Source: Chloroflexota bacterium (GTDB taxonomy: Bacteria; Chloroflexota; Dehalococcoidia; UBA2979). Taken from it: a stretch of DNA of 64,000 bases. Position numbers and translations under genes: made by a program. Below are positions 19,013-30,666 of the stretch, in pieces (the stretch's first letter is position 1; every line of letters starts with the position of its first letter). Where the stretch lies: NCBI GenBank assembly GCA_027593235.1, contig JAQCIU010000016.1, positions 1 to 64,000 of the forward strand, in the 5' to 3' direction. The notes below the pieces were generated by a model. That model was not told the origin of the DNA and did no database searches. It saw only the letters and a program-made list of their open reading frames with translations.

Positions 19013-21496
19013 ATGGCTCGCACATCCCGCCGCGGTCGACGCGGCTCGATTCCTGGTCTGAGCGGCGTGAGCCGCTTTCTGGCCCGACCCGAACTGATCG
19101 GCACGGTGCTGGTGGTCCTTGCGGCCGCGGCGCTGCCGTTTGTTCTGCCGTTGGCCGGGGTGGTCGCCGATGCGCGCGACGAGCTGGTGCGCGGCCTGGG
19201 GCTCCACGTGTTCACGCTGGTCGCCATCCTGGCGTCGTCCGGACTGCTGATCGCGTTCCGCCGTACCGACTGGATTCGCGAGCAGCGCCGCCACCTGGCT
19301 GGCGCGTTCGCGCTGTTGCTGGTGATCGCGGGCGTGCTGGGACGCTGGTACCCCGACCGTAGCGTTGGTGACATCGACCTCGGCGTGCACTCGGCCGGCG
19401 GTGAACTGGGACGCGCGCTGGCCGGCTGGCCGGTCGGGGTCGCGATCTGGCTGCTGCTGGCGGTGGTTGGCTACACGTTGCTCTGGCCACGGACCGCGGC
19501 GGCGCTGCTCCGCGCGACGCCGGGCGCGATTGGCCGATCGTTCCGCTGGGTCTGGCAGCAAGAACTGCACCGGCCGATCGGCCGCGGCCTGGCGCTGCTG
19601 GCGAGGCCGCTGACCCGGCTCTTCCGGCGCGCAGACGACGCGGATCCGGAGATCGAGGTGCCAGCACCTCGGCGGCTGCGCCGCGTAGACGCGATCGCAG
19701 AGATCGCGGGGCCGGCGACCCCGGAGCTGGCGGCGGCGGTAGCAGGCGAGGCCGGCGAGGACGAGGAAGAAGAGGAGCACGACGGGCGGCCCGCGAAGCA
19801 GATCGAGATGGACATGGAGACGCCGGCGGACGAGCTGCGCCATTCGGCGGATGGCTGGCAGCTCCCACCGACCACGCTGCTGGGCGAAGAGGTCGGTCGC
19901 GAGTCGCGGACGGTCGACAACGCGCGCCGGGCGCAGCTGATCGTCGACACGCTCGATTCGTTCGGTGTCGATTCGACGGTCGTGCAGATCAACGAGGGCC
20001 CGACGGTCACGCAGTTCGGCGTTGAGCCGGGCTGGGATGTGAAGACGAAGCTGGTGACCGAGCGCGACGCGACGGGACGCCCAATCCTCGACACCGACGG
20101 CAATCCGAAGACGAACCAGGTGGAGGTGTCGCGGACGCGGATCCGGGTGAACCGGATCACGGCGTTGCAGAACGACCTGGCGCTAGCGCTCGCGGCTCCG
20201 GCGCTGCGGATCGAGGCACCGGTACCGGGCAAACCGATGGTCGGGATCGAGGTGCCAAACGCGAACACCTCGACCGTATCGATGCGCGGGGTGATGGAGT
20301 CGCCGGAGTTCCAGCGCGCGCTGGGCAAATACGCACTGCCGATCGCCCTCGGAGCCGGCGTGTCCGGCGATCCGGTGGTGGCGGACCTGGCGACGATGCC
20401 GCACGTGCTGATCGCGGGTGCGACCGGCGCCGGGAAGTCGGTCTGCCTGAACTCGATCATCAGCGGGCTGCTGATGCACCTCTCACCGGAACAACTGCGA
20501 CTGGTGATGATCGACCCGAAGCGGGTGGAGCTGGCGGACTTCGCGGAGATTCCGCACCTGGCGTTCTCACGGATCATCGTGGAGATGGATCAGGTGGTCG
20601 GCACGCTGCAGGCCGTGATCAACGAAATGGAGTCGCGCTACCGGAAGTTCGCGAAGGTGGGCGTCCGAAACATCAAGAGCTACAACACGAAGGTCGCCGG
20701 GCGATCGCCGATGGCCTACTGGGTGGTGGTGATCGACGAGCTGGCGGACCTGATGATCGCCGCTCCCTACCAGGTCGAGCAGCAGCTTGTGCGGCTGGCA
20801 CAGCTCGCGAGGGCAACCGGGATTCACCTGGTCGTCGCGACGCAACGGCCCTCGGTGGATGTGATCACGGGGCTGATCAAGGCGAACTTCCCGACGCGTA
20901 TCGCGTTCGCGGTGGCGTCCTCGGTGGACTCGCGCACGGTGCTGGACCAGGGTGGCGCGGAGAAGCTGCTGGGTCGCGGGGACATGCTGTACGTGCCGCC
21001 GGACGAGCAGAAGCCGAAGCGTGTCCAGGGCGTCTACGTCAGCGACGAGGAGATCCGCGCGATCGTCGGCTTCTGGACGGCGGACCGGTTCGCGAACCTG
21101 CAGCCGGAGAAGCACGACGCGCTGCTCCGCGACGCGGAGCGCGAGGTCGAGCAGATGGGTGTCGACGGCGCCAACGAGGAGGATCCGCTGATCCAGAAGG
21201 CGATCGAACTCGCGCGCGAGCACGAGACGCTTTCGACCTCGATGTTGCAACGCAAGCTGCGGATCGGCTACCCGCGCGCGGCACGGACGATGGACGAACT
21301 TGAGGACCGTGGGATTGTGGCCTCGGGCGATGGCACCAGCTCGCGACGGGTGCTGCTCGGCGATGAAAGCACGTCGCTGATGGCGGCCGCCGCCGACTTC
21401 GAGCCGGTACCAGCGGGGGTGGTCGCCGAAGACGAGCCGGAACGCGAGCCGAGCACGAAGCTGCTGCGGTTCCCGAAGGCGTTCGACGACGACTAG
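19013..21496 (+). CDS. ftsK: DNA translocase FtsK/SpoIIIE
   Basis: N-terminal TM segments; PHVLIAGATGAGKS, IDPKRVE, IDELADLM, ATQRPSVDV, gamma domain LQRKLRIGYPRAAR. Confidence 0.96.
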   Translation: MARTSRRGRRGSIPGLSGVSRFLARPELIGTVLVVLAAAALPFVLPLAGVVADARDELVRGLGLHVFTLVAILASSGLLIAFRRTDWIREQRRHLAGAFALLLVIAGVLGRWYPDRSVGDIDLGVHSAGGELGRALAGWPVGVAIWLLLAVVGYTLLWPRTAAALLRATPGAIGRSFRWVWQQELHRPIGRGLALLARPLTRLFRRADDADPEIEVPAPRRLRRVDAIAEIAGPATPELAAAVAGEAGEDEEEEEHDGRPAKQIEMDMETPADELRHSADGWQLPPTTLLGEEVGRESRTVDNARRAQLIVDTLDSFGVDSTVVQINEGPTVTQFGVEPGWDVKTKLVTERDATGRPILDTDGNPKTNQVEVSRTRIRVNRITALQNDLALALAAPALRIEAPVPGKPMVGIEVPNANTSTVSMRGVMESPEFQRALGKYALPIALGAGVSGDPVVADLATMPHVLIAGATGAGKSVCLNSIISGLLMHLSPEQLRLVMIDPKRVELADFAEIPHLAFSRIIVEMDQVVGTLQAVINEMESRYRKFAKVGVRNIKSYNTKVAGRSPMAYWVVVIDELADLMIAAPYQVEQQLVRLAQLARATGIHLVVATQRPSVDVITGLIKANFPTRIAFAVASSVDSRTVLDQGGAEKLLGRGDMLYVPPDEQKPKRVQGVYVSDEEIRAIVGFWTADRFANLQPEKHDALLRDAEREVEQMGVDGANEEDPLIQKAIELAREHETLSTSMLQRKLRIGYPRAARTMDELEDRGIVASGDGTSSRRVLLGDESTSLMAAAADFEPVPAGVVAEDEPEREPSTKLLRFPKAFDDD

Positions 21497-21549
21497 CAGT
21501 GCTCGCTATCCCTACGGAGCCTGCGGAACAGTGCCCGACGGAGCGCCTT

Positions 21550-21583
21550 GATCTGATGCGTTACGACTCAGATCTGCTATAAT
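21550..21583 (+). promoter_or_regulatory. extended -10 promoter (TGcTATAAT) with overlapping 7-11-7 inverted repeat
   Basis: TG 21575-76, TATAAT 21578-83; GATCTGA(21550-56)/TCAGATC(21568-74). Confidence 0.7.
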
Positions 21584-21589
21584 GACTCT

Positions 21590-21838
21590 GGAAGAAGAGG
21601 AAACGGAAAGAGCACCGAAGCGGACATCCGGGAACGCGAATCGCGAGGCCTGGGTGGGGACGATTGGAGGCCCAGTGTGTAATCACCAGCGGACTTCAGG
21701 TCACGAGGTCAGTCTCGTATCCGCGAACACCTGAGCCAGAGGCTCGCCCCGGCTCCTGAGTTCCCTCGGAACTCGAGTCGCGGTCAAGCGAGGCACCTTG
21801 AAACCGGAACGGCCAACTCAACCGAGTTGGCCGTTTTC
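21590..21838 (+). ncRNA. candidate small non-coding RNA, family unknown
   Basis: Lies between a consensus promoter and an intrinsic terminator; several hairpins; no translatable ORF downstream of the predicted TSS. Confidence 0.5.
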
Positions 21839-21840
21839 TT
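21808..21840 (+). terminator. intrinsic terminator (possibly bidirectional)
   Basis: AACGGCCAACTC-aacc-GAGTTGGCCGTT followed by TTCTT; abuts the pepE stop on the other strand. Confidence 0.85.
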
Positions 21841-22528
21841 ATGCCAGGAACCGCGTTGCCAGGGCTTCCTCGGTGAACCCGTCAGCACCGAGGGCGACCC
21901 GGTAGACGCGAGCGCCCTCGCGGGAGGCGACCGCGGCGTGCAGTTGGCCATCGACGAAGTGGGCGGCGGCGTAGTCGTCGGCCGCGAGACCGGCCGGTAG
22001 CCCCTCCTCGATCGCCCTGCGGAGCGCCGGGCGTCGATCGGCCTCGCCGTCGTAGTGCGGGGTGAACGACCCTTCGAGGATCCCGACGCCATCGTGGAGC
22101 GCGCGGAGCGGCCCGAACGAGTCCGTGGTCCCGCCCTGGAACCAGCAGATCGCGCCGGCGCTGACGCCGCAGAGGATGGTGCCGGCCTCGTATGCCGCCC
22201 GTGCGAGGCGATCGAGGCCGTGCACGCGCCAGACAGCGAGCAGGTTGGCCGTGGAGCCGCCTCCGACGTAGATCACGTCCTGAGCGGCGAACCACACCGC
22301 CGGGTCGTGTGAGGGCTCGGAGAACAGCCGCAGATCCGACGTCTCGGCACGATCCGAGAGCGCGGCGTGGAACTTCTCGATATAGCTCGGGTGATCGCCG
22401 CTGGCGGTGCCCACGAAGCCGACGCGCGGGCGGTCGCGACCGGTCAGCGCGAGGATGTAGTCATCGAGGAGGCGATCGTCCTCCATCGAGAACCCGCCGC
22501 CGCCCATTGCGACGATCTGGCTCGCCAT
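21839..22528 (-). CDS. peptidase E (S51 family)
   Basis: IVAMGGGGF, DVIYVGGGST, GVSAGA nucleophile, PHY. Confidence 0.9.
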   Translation of the reverse strand: MASQIVAMGGGGFSMEDDRLLDDYILALTGRDRPRVGFVGTASGDHPSYIEKFHAALSDRAETSDLRLFSEPSHDPAVWFAAQDVIYVGGGSTANLLAVWRVHGLDRLARAAYEAGTILCGVSAGAICWFQGGTTDSFGPLRALHDGVGILEGSFTPHYDGEADRRPALRRAIEEGLPAGLAADDYAAAHFVDGQLHAAVASREGARVYRVALGADGFTEEALATRFLA

Positions 22529-22538
22529 CGGAGCGGCC

Positions 22539-24671
<2,133 letters not shown>

Positions 24672-24769
24672 AACGGCAACCCTCCAAGCATCCAGTGTAC
24701 GGCTCCGGGCAAGGGAGCCGGGCGGCGCATCGAGGTAGGCGGACCGGTCGCCCTCGGCGCTTCCGGGCG

Positions 24770-25588
24770 CTAGCCCGCGGGCTGCTGGAGCGGCCTCGGG
24801 AGCCACGGATCGGCGAGGATGACGCGATCGCGGCCGCTGTTCTTGGCGGCGTAGAGGGCCTCGTCGGCACGATTGAGCAGCGCTTGTTCGTCGGTGGTCG
24901 CGAGATCGGGGATCGCGGCGACGCCAACGGAGACGGTGACCTGTACAGCAGCGCCGCCGTCCGGAACGGGGACACGCAGGGCCTCGATGCCGGCGCGGAG
25001 CTTCTCCGCGACGATCGCGCCGTCGGCGAGCGCGGTCTCGGGGAGGATGACGGCAAACTCCTCGCCGCCGTAGCGGCCGATCTCGTCGGATTCGCGGATG
25101 TTGCTCGCCATCTGACGGGCGCAGGCGGTGAGCACGGCGTCACCGGTCGCGTGCCCGTAGCCGTCGTTGACCTGCTTGAAGTGATCGATGTCGATCATCA
25201 GCACGGTGAGCGAGCGGCCGTAGCGACGGGAGCGGCGGAACTCGGCGCCGAGGCGATCGAACAGTGCCCGGCGGTTGAGCACGCCGGTCAGCGGATCGAT
25301 CTTGGCGAGCCGTTCCAGCTCGGCGCTGGTTTCACGCAGGTTGGCGGCGACATCGACGAGGCGTCGCTCGCGATCGAGGGTGGCGCGCGAGTTGAGGAGG
25401 ATCTGGACGATCAGGCAGATCGTGAGAAAGGTCGTTGCGAGGCTCCAGGCGGCGATATCCAGTCCGAGGAAGGAGCCAGTCGTCCAGCCGATCTCGCGGA
25501 GCTGGCTACCAGCACCGAAGAGCACGAGCAGAGCGACTGCCCCGATGAGTCCGAGGAGCGTGGGCCAGCGATCGCGAGTGATCGTCAC
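24770..25588 (-). CDS. membrane-anchored diguanylate cyclase (GGDEF)
   Basis: Two TM helices; [25 protein letters not shown]-site, RYGGEEF. Confidence 0.93.
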   Translation of the reverse strand: MTITRDRWPTLLGLIGAVALLVLFGAGSQLREIGWTTGSFLGLDIAAWSLATTFLTICLIVQILLNSRATLDRERRLVDVAANLRETSAELERLAKIDPLTGVLNRRALFDRLGAEFRRSRRYGRSLTVLMIDIDHFKQVNDGYGHATGDAVLTACARQMASNIRESDEIGRYGGEEFAVILPETALADGAIVAEKLRAGIEALRVPVPDGGAAVQVTVSVGVAAIPDLATTDEQALLNRADEALYAAKNSGRDRVILADPWLPRPLQQPAG

Positions 25589-25605
25589 GGGTACGTCTGC
25601 CGGAC

Positions 25606-26235
25606 CTAGGCCGGAGCCTGCTGTGCGAGGATGGCGCGGAGCAGCTCCTCGATGCCGGCAATCTCGGGCTGCTGGCGCAGCGTCGTGGTGACGAGCTGCT
25701 CTGCCTCACGGTGCGAGTACTGGAGCGTTTCGAGCGCGCCGACCGCATCGGCGTACAGCTCGCCCATCGCGTCGGACACGGGGGTGGCGGTCTTGTCCGC
25801 GCTGCGGAGGAGCGCCTCCTGCGTCAGCTTGCCGTGGAGGTTGGCGACGATGGTCTGCGAGAGCCGCTGACCGATGCCGGGGAGCTGGCGGAGGGCGACC
25901 ACGTCCTCTGCCTCGATCCAGCGGGCGATATCGGACACGGGGAAAGTGAGCGCGCGGACGGCTTTCTGGGGACCGACTTCCGGGACGTTGATGAACTTCC
26001 GGAAGAACTCGCGCTCCTGGCGATGCTGGAAGCCGATCAGCAGCGGCGCGGGCTGGCGTTCCGAGACGTGGTAGAAGGTGAACAGCTTCAGTTCGTCGCC
26101 GAGCGGGATCGCGGCGATCCAGTGGTGCGCGAAGGCGGGGATCAGCACCTCGTAACCAACGCCGCCCACCTCGAGCCAGGCGCTGGCCGATTCGCCGTCC
26201 CAGCGGGCGAGCTTGCCCGAGAGCGAGACGATCAT
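25606..26235 (-). CDS. ruvA: Holliday junction branch migration protein RuvA
   Basis: EVGGVGYEV, VPEVGPQKA, LPGIGQRL, C-terminal AVGALETLQYS. Confidence 0.88.
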   Translation of the reverse strand: MIVSLSGKLARWDGESASAWLEVGGVGYEVLIPAFAHHWIAAIPLGDELKLFTFYHVSERQPAPLLIGFQHRQEREFFRKFINVPEVGPQKAVRALTFPVSDIARWIEAEDVVALRQLPGIGQRLSQTIVANLHGKLTQEALLRSADKTATPVSDAMGELYADAVGALETLQYSHREAEQLVTTTLRQQPEIAGIEELLRAILAQQAPA

Positions 26236-26732
26236 GAGCGGGCCAGTGCCAGTTCGAGCCTGATGTCGCCGAGCCGCGTCAGCGCGACCGCGAGGGCGTC
26301 AGAGATATCGAGTGGCCCGGTGAGTTCCGTGAGACCGAGTTGGACGGCGACCATTTGCTGCACCTGTTCCTTGGGAGCACCGCCCCAGCCGGTCACGGAT
26401 TGCTTGACCGAGGTGGGCGCGAACTCGAACACCGGGATGTCGGCATCCGCCGCGGCGATCATGGCGGCGGCACGAGCCTCGCCGATCACCATGGCGGAAC
26501 GCACGTTGAGCGCGACGAATTGTTGCTCAACGGCTAATTCCGCAGGTCCATAATCGCGGATGATGGTGCGGATGCCGTCAGCAATTTCCCGCAGTCGGTA
26601 AGCGCGGGGGGCCTTCGGGCGCGTCTTGATGACACCGCAATCGACCAGCGTTCCGGTGGCTCCGTCACCGTCGACGATGCCCCAGCCGGTGATGGTCAAT
26701 CCAGGATCGACGCCCAGCACGCGCCGGGTCAT
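26232..26732 (-). CDS. ruvC: Holliday junction resolvase RuvC
   Basis: VLGVDPG, AVEQQF, VKQSVTGWGGAPKEQVQ, DISDALAVA. Confidence 0.95.
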   Translation of the reverse strand: MTRRVLGVDPGLTITGWGIVDGDGATGTLVDCGVIKTRPKAPRAYRLREIADGIRTIIRDYGPAELAVEQQFVALNVRSAMVIGEARAAAMIAAADADIPVFEFAPTSVKQSVTGWGGAPKEQVQQMVAVQLGLTELTGPLDISDALAVALTRLGDIRLELALARS

Positions 26733-26775
26733 CGCAGTCACCTCGGCGTGGAATCCACGCTTGCCCTCGCTACCG

Positions 26776-27528
26776 CTACCCCGCCGCAGCTTCGAGCACT
26801 GAATCTGGGAAGACGGCGTTGGAATGGACCTTCGAGACGTCATCGAGGTCATCGAGCCGTTCGAGCAGTTTGAGGGTGGAGATGGCGGTGGGCTCGTCGA
26901 GTTCGACGGTGTTCTGCGGCATCTTCACGAGATCGGCGTCTTCGACGGTGAAACCGGCGGCGGTGAGCGCCTCGCGGATGCTTTCGGTGCTGGTCGGCTC
27001 GGTGATGACCTCGACGGTCGTCCCGTCGTCGGCGGCCTCGACATCGAGCGCGCCCGCCTCTATGGCGATGAGCTGGATTTCGTCAGGGTCCTGACCGACG
27101 GCGCTGACGGTAATCGAGCCACGGGCCTCGAATTGCCAGGCGACAGCGCCGTTCTCGGCGAGGTTGCCGCCACCGCGCGAGAAGGCGAGGCGGAGTTCGG
27201 CGACGGTGCGATTGCGGTTGTCGGTGACGGTGTCGACGATGACGGCGGTGCCGCCGGGCCCATAGCCCTCGTAGGTGACTTCGGCGAGGTTGTCGGCGTC
27301 GCCGCCACCGGCACCGCGCTGGATCGCGCGCTCGATGTTGGCGCTGGGCATGTTGGCGTCTTTGGCCTTGCTGATGGCGAGGCGCAGCCCCGCGTTCATC
27401 TCCGGGTCATTGCCGGTGCGGGCGGCCATGGTGATGTCACGGGCGAGCTTAGTGAAGAGCTGACCGCGCTTCGCGTCGATCTTGCCCTTCTTGTGCTTGA
27501 TTGATGACCATTTGGAGTGCCCAGACAA
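26776..27528 (-). CDS. yebC: YebC/PmpR family protein
   Basis: SGHSKWSSIKHKK, YEGYGPGG, TDNRNRT, DDLDDV. Confidence 0.96.
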   Translation of the reverse strand: MSGHSKWSSIKHKKGKIDAKRGQLFTKLARDITMAARTGNDPEMNAGLRLAISKAKDANMPSANIERAIQRGAGGGDADNLAEVTYEGYGPGGTAVIVDTVTDNRNRTVAELRLAFSRGGGNLAENGAVAWQFEARGSITVSAVGQDPDEIQLIAIEAGALDVEAADDGTTVEVITEPTSTESIREALTAAGFTVEDADLVKMPQNTVELDEPTAISTLKLLERLDDLDDVSKVHSNAVFPDSVLEAAAG

Positions 27529-27630
27529 GCAGCGCCTCCGCCGTTCTTGATAACGCTCATCAGGGTTCGCGGAACCCGCGATTATGCTATCAGACCGCCA
27601 TGGCGGGCCGAAGTGGGGTTCGCGACGCGG

Positions 27631-28476
27631 CTAGAGTCCGTCGCCCAGCGTGATGTTGTCGATCAGGTGCGTCGAGCCGATGTGAACGGCGACGGAGAGC
27701 AGGGCGAGGCCGCTCACCTCACCCTCCAATTCCTGAAGCGCTTCGTCGTCGGCGAGCGACACGTAGTCCGGTCGGATGAGTAGCTGTCCCTCGAGTTCCT
27801 TTTCGACGAGGTAGCGCAGGTTGTCGGCGTTGCGTTCGCCGGCGCCGAACGCGTCCGAGGCGAGTTGGAGCCCTCGGGAGATCGCGAGCGCGGCGGTGCG
27901 TTCCTCCGGCGAGAGGTAGGCGTTCCGCGAGGAGAGCGCGAGTCCGTCCGGATCGCGGACGGTCGGGCAGGCGACGATGTCGACCGGCAGATCGAGGTCG
28001 CGCACGAGCTGGCGGATGACGCGGAGCTGCTGTGCGTCCTTCTCGCCGAAGTAGGCGCGGTCCGGCGAGGTGATGTTGAGGAGCTTGAGGACGACGGTGG
28101 TGACGCCATCGAAGTGCCCGGGGCGACGAGCGCCCTCGAGGCGTTCCGAGACGCCGCCGACGTGGACCGTGACGGCGAAGCCATCGGGGTAGATCTCGGC
28201 GCGCGGTGGGGCGAGCACGAGATCGACGCCGTGCGCCTCGAGTTGTGCGAGGTCGTTCGCCTCGTTGGCCGGATAGCGATCGAGATCCTCGGACGGCGCG
28301 AACTGGGTGGGGTTGAGGAAGAGCGTGGCGACGACACTGGCGTTCTCGGCGCGCGCCTGGTCAACCAGCGCGAGGTGGCCGGCGTGGATGCCGCCGAGCG
28401 TCGGGAAGAGCCCGACCGGACCCGGCAGGCCCGCGCGCGCGGCCCGGAACTCCGCGATGGTGCGCGCGATCTGCAC
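27631..28476 (-). CDS. panC: pantoate--beta-alanine ligase
   Basis: GGIHAGH, NPTQF, RPGHFDGV, FGEKDAQQ, DGLALSSRN, LIDN. Confidence 0.96.
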   Translation of the reverse strand: MQIARTIAEFRAARAGLPGPVGLFPTLGGIHAGHLALVDQARAENASVVATLFLNPTQFAPSEDLDRYPANEANDLAQLEAHGVDLVLAPPRAEIYPDGFAVTVHVGGVSERLEGARRPGHFDGVTTVVLKLLNITSPDRAYFGEKDAQQLRVIRQLVRDLDLPVDIVACPTVRDPDGLALSSRNAYLSPEERTAALAISRGLQLASDAFGAGERNADNLRYLVEKELEGQLLIRPDYVSLADDEALQELEGEVSGLALLSVAVHIGSTHLIDNITLGDGL

Positions 28477-28490
28477 GAGGAGCCTCGAAT

Positions 28491-29486
<996 letters not shown>

Positions 29487-29492
29487 TCGCCT

Positions 29493-29591
29493 CCGTCTCA
29501 GTCCCGGGGGATCCAAGCGGTTCATGTGCCAGTCAGCAGCCAACTCGAAGTGAATCTGCGTCTTGTCGCCACTTGAATGGTCGACTGACAA
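29493..29591 (-). promoter_or_regulatory. pan-motif-like structured 5' leader of panBC
   Basis: Minus-strand hairpin CCGCTTGGATCCC...GGACTGAGACGG with bulged As running into the GGAGG RBS; upstream stem TGTCAGTC/GACTGGCA; resembles the pan RNA motif as I recall it. Confidence 0.7.
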
Positions 29592-29595
29592 TTTC

Positions 29596-29623
29596 AGTAT
29601 AGGAGCCCGGATCGCCGCGTCAA
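29596..29623 (-). promoter_or_regulatory. sigma70-type promoter of panBC
   Basis: TTGACG-16 nt-TATACT on the minus strand. Confidence 0.7.
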
Positions 29624-29638
29624 TGCTGGCCGGAGGGG

Positions 29639-30652
29639 TTAGCGGGTCGCCCATTCGGTGGCGGATGGGAGACCGGCGATCGGGGTGGCGGAGCGGATGG
29701 CGTTGAGCACCGCCCGCTCGACGGCACGGACGGCGAACGCCTCGACGGCGCGGTAGCCGGCGGCGTCCACCTCGAACTCGCCGGTGGCGAGGGCAAAGAT
29801 CACGTCGCCGTCGGAGCGGGTGTGCACCGGCCAGATCGTGGAGGCGAAGCCGTCGTGGGCGACGGTGGCGATGCGGTTGATCTGAGTCTTCGTGAGGCGC
29901 GCGTTCGTTGCCACGACCGCGAGCGTGGTGTTCTCCGCCGACTCCGTTGCATCCGTCGATTGCGGAGGATTCGAGGCATCGGCGTCGGGTGGTTGGACGC
30001 CGACACGGAGGATCGCGTCCAGATCGAGGAAGCCACGTTCGTCGTCACGCGGGGCGGCGACGATCGCGCCGTCCCGCGGATCGCGGATTGAGCCGACGGC
30101 GTTCACGGCGGCGAGTGCGGCGACGATCACGCCGGTATCAAGCCGTTCGCTGGCGGTGCCGATTCCACCTTTGATCGCGCGGTCGATGCCGCCCTGCTTC
30201 GCGACGCTGGCGCCGGTGCCGGCGCCGACCGAGCCGACCTCGATGGCGCCACCGGTGGCACGGCGCAACGCGCGACGGCCGGAATCGGCGTTGGGATGGG
30301 CGGGCCGACCAACGCCGAGGTCGAAGAGGATGGCGGCTGGGACGATCGGGACGACGTTGCCTCGGAAGTTAAGCCCGACACCGCGGGCGGCCAGCTCTTC
30401 CATCACGCCGGTAGCGGCGTCGAGGCCGAAGGCGGAGCCGCCGGAGAGGAGGATGGCGTGCACTTCCTCGATCAGGTTGCCGGGGCGGAGCAGCTCCGTC
30501 TCGCGGGTGCCGGGCGCGGCCCCGCGCACGTCGACGCCGCCGACGGTGCCGGGTGGGCAAAGGACGACAGTGCAGCCGGTGGCGGAGCGACGATTGGTCC
30601 AGTGACCGACGCGGATCCCCGCGACGTCCGTGAGGGCGTCCCGATGAACCAT
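29639..30652 (-). CDS. P1-family (S58, DmpA/ThnT-like) autoproteolytic hydrolase
   Basis: LTDVAGIRVGH, GAAPGTRET, LSGGSAFGL, GAGTGA, ENTTLAVVATNA, DGDVIF. Confidence 0.9.
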   Translation of the reverse strand: MVHRDALTDVAGIRVGHWTNRRSATGCTVVLCPPGTVGGVDVRGAAPGTRETELLRPGNLIEEVHAILLSGGSAFGLDAATGVMEELAARGVGLNFRGNVVPIVPAAILFDLGVGRPAHPNADSGRRALRRATGGAIEVGSVGAGTGASVAKQGGIDRAIKGGIGTASERLDTGVIVAALAAVNAVGSIRDPRDGAIVAAPRDDERGFLDLDAILRVGVQPPDADASNPPQSTDATESAENTTLAVVATNARLTKTQINRIATVAHDGFASTIWPVHTRSDGDVIFALATGEFEVDAAGYRAVEAFAVRAVERAVLNAIRSATPIAGLPSATEWATR

Positions 30653-30666
30653 GTCGTGGGCGGCGG

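Noticed and set aside
20033-20140. Intein in FtsK
   Set aside because: Too short and lacks the N-terminal C/S and C-terminal HN splice motifs.
21582-21734. 50-aa ORF MTLEEEETERAPK...
   Set aside because: The ATG lies within the TATAAT box, there is no RBS and the codon usage is atypical; an ncRNA reading is preferred.
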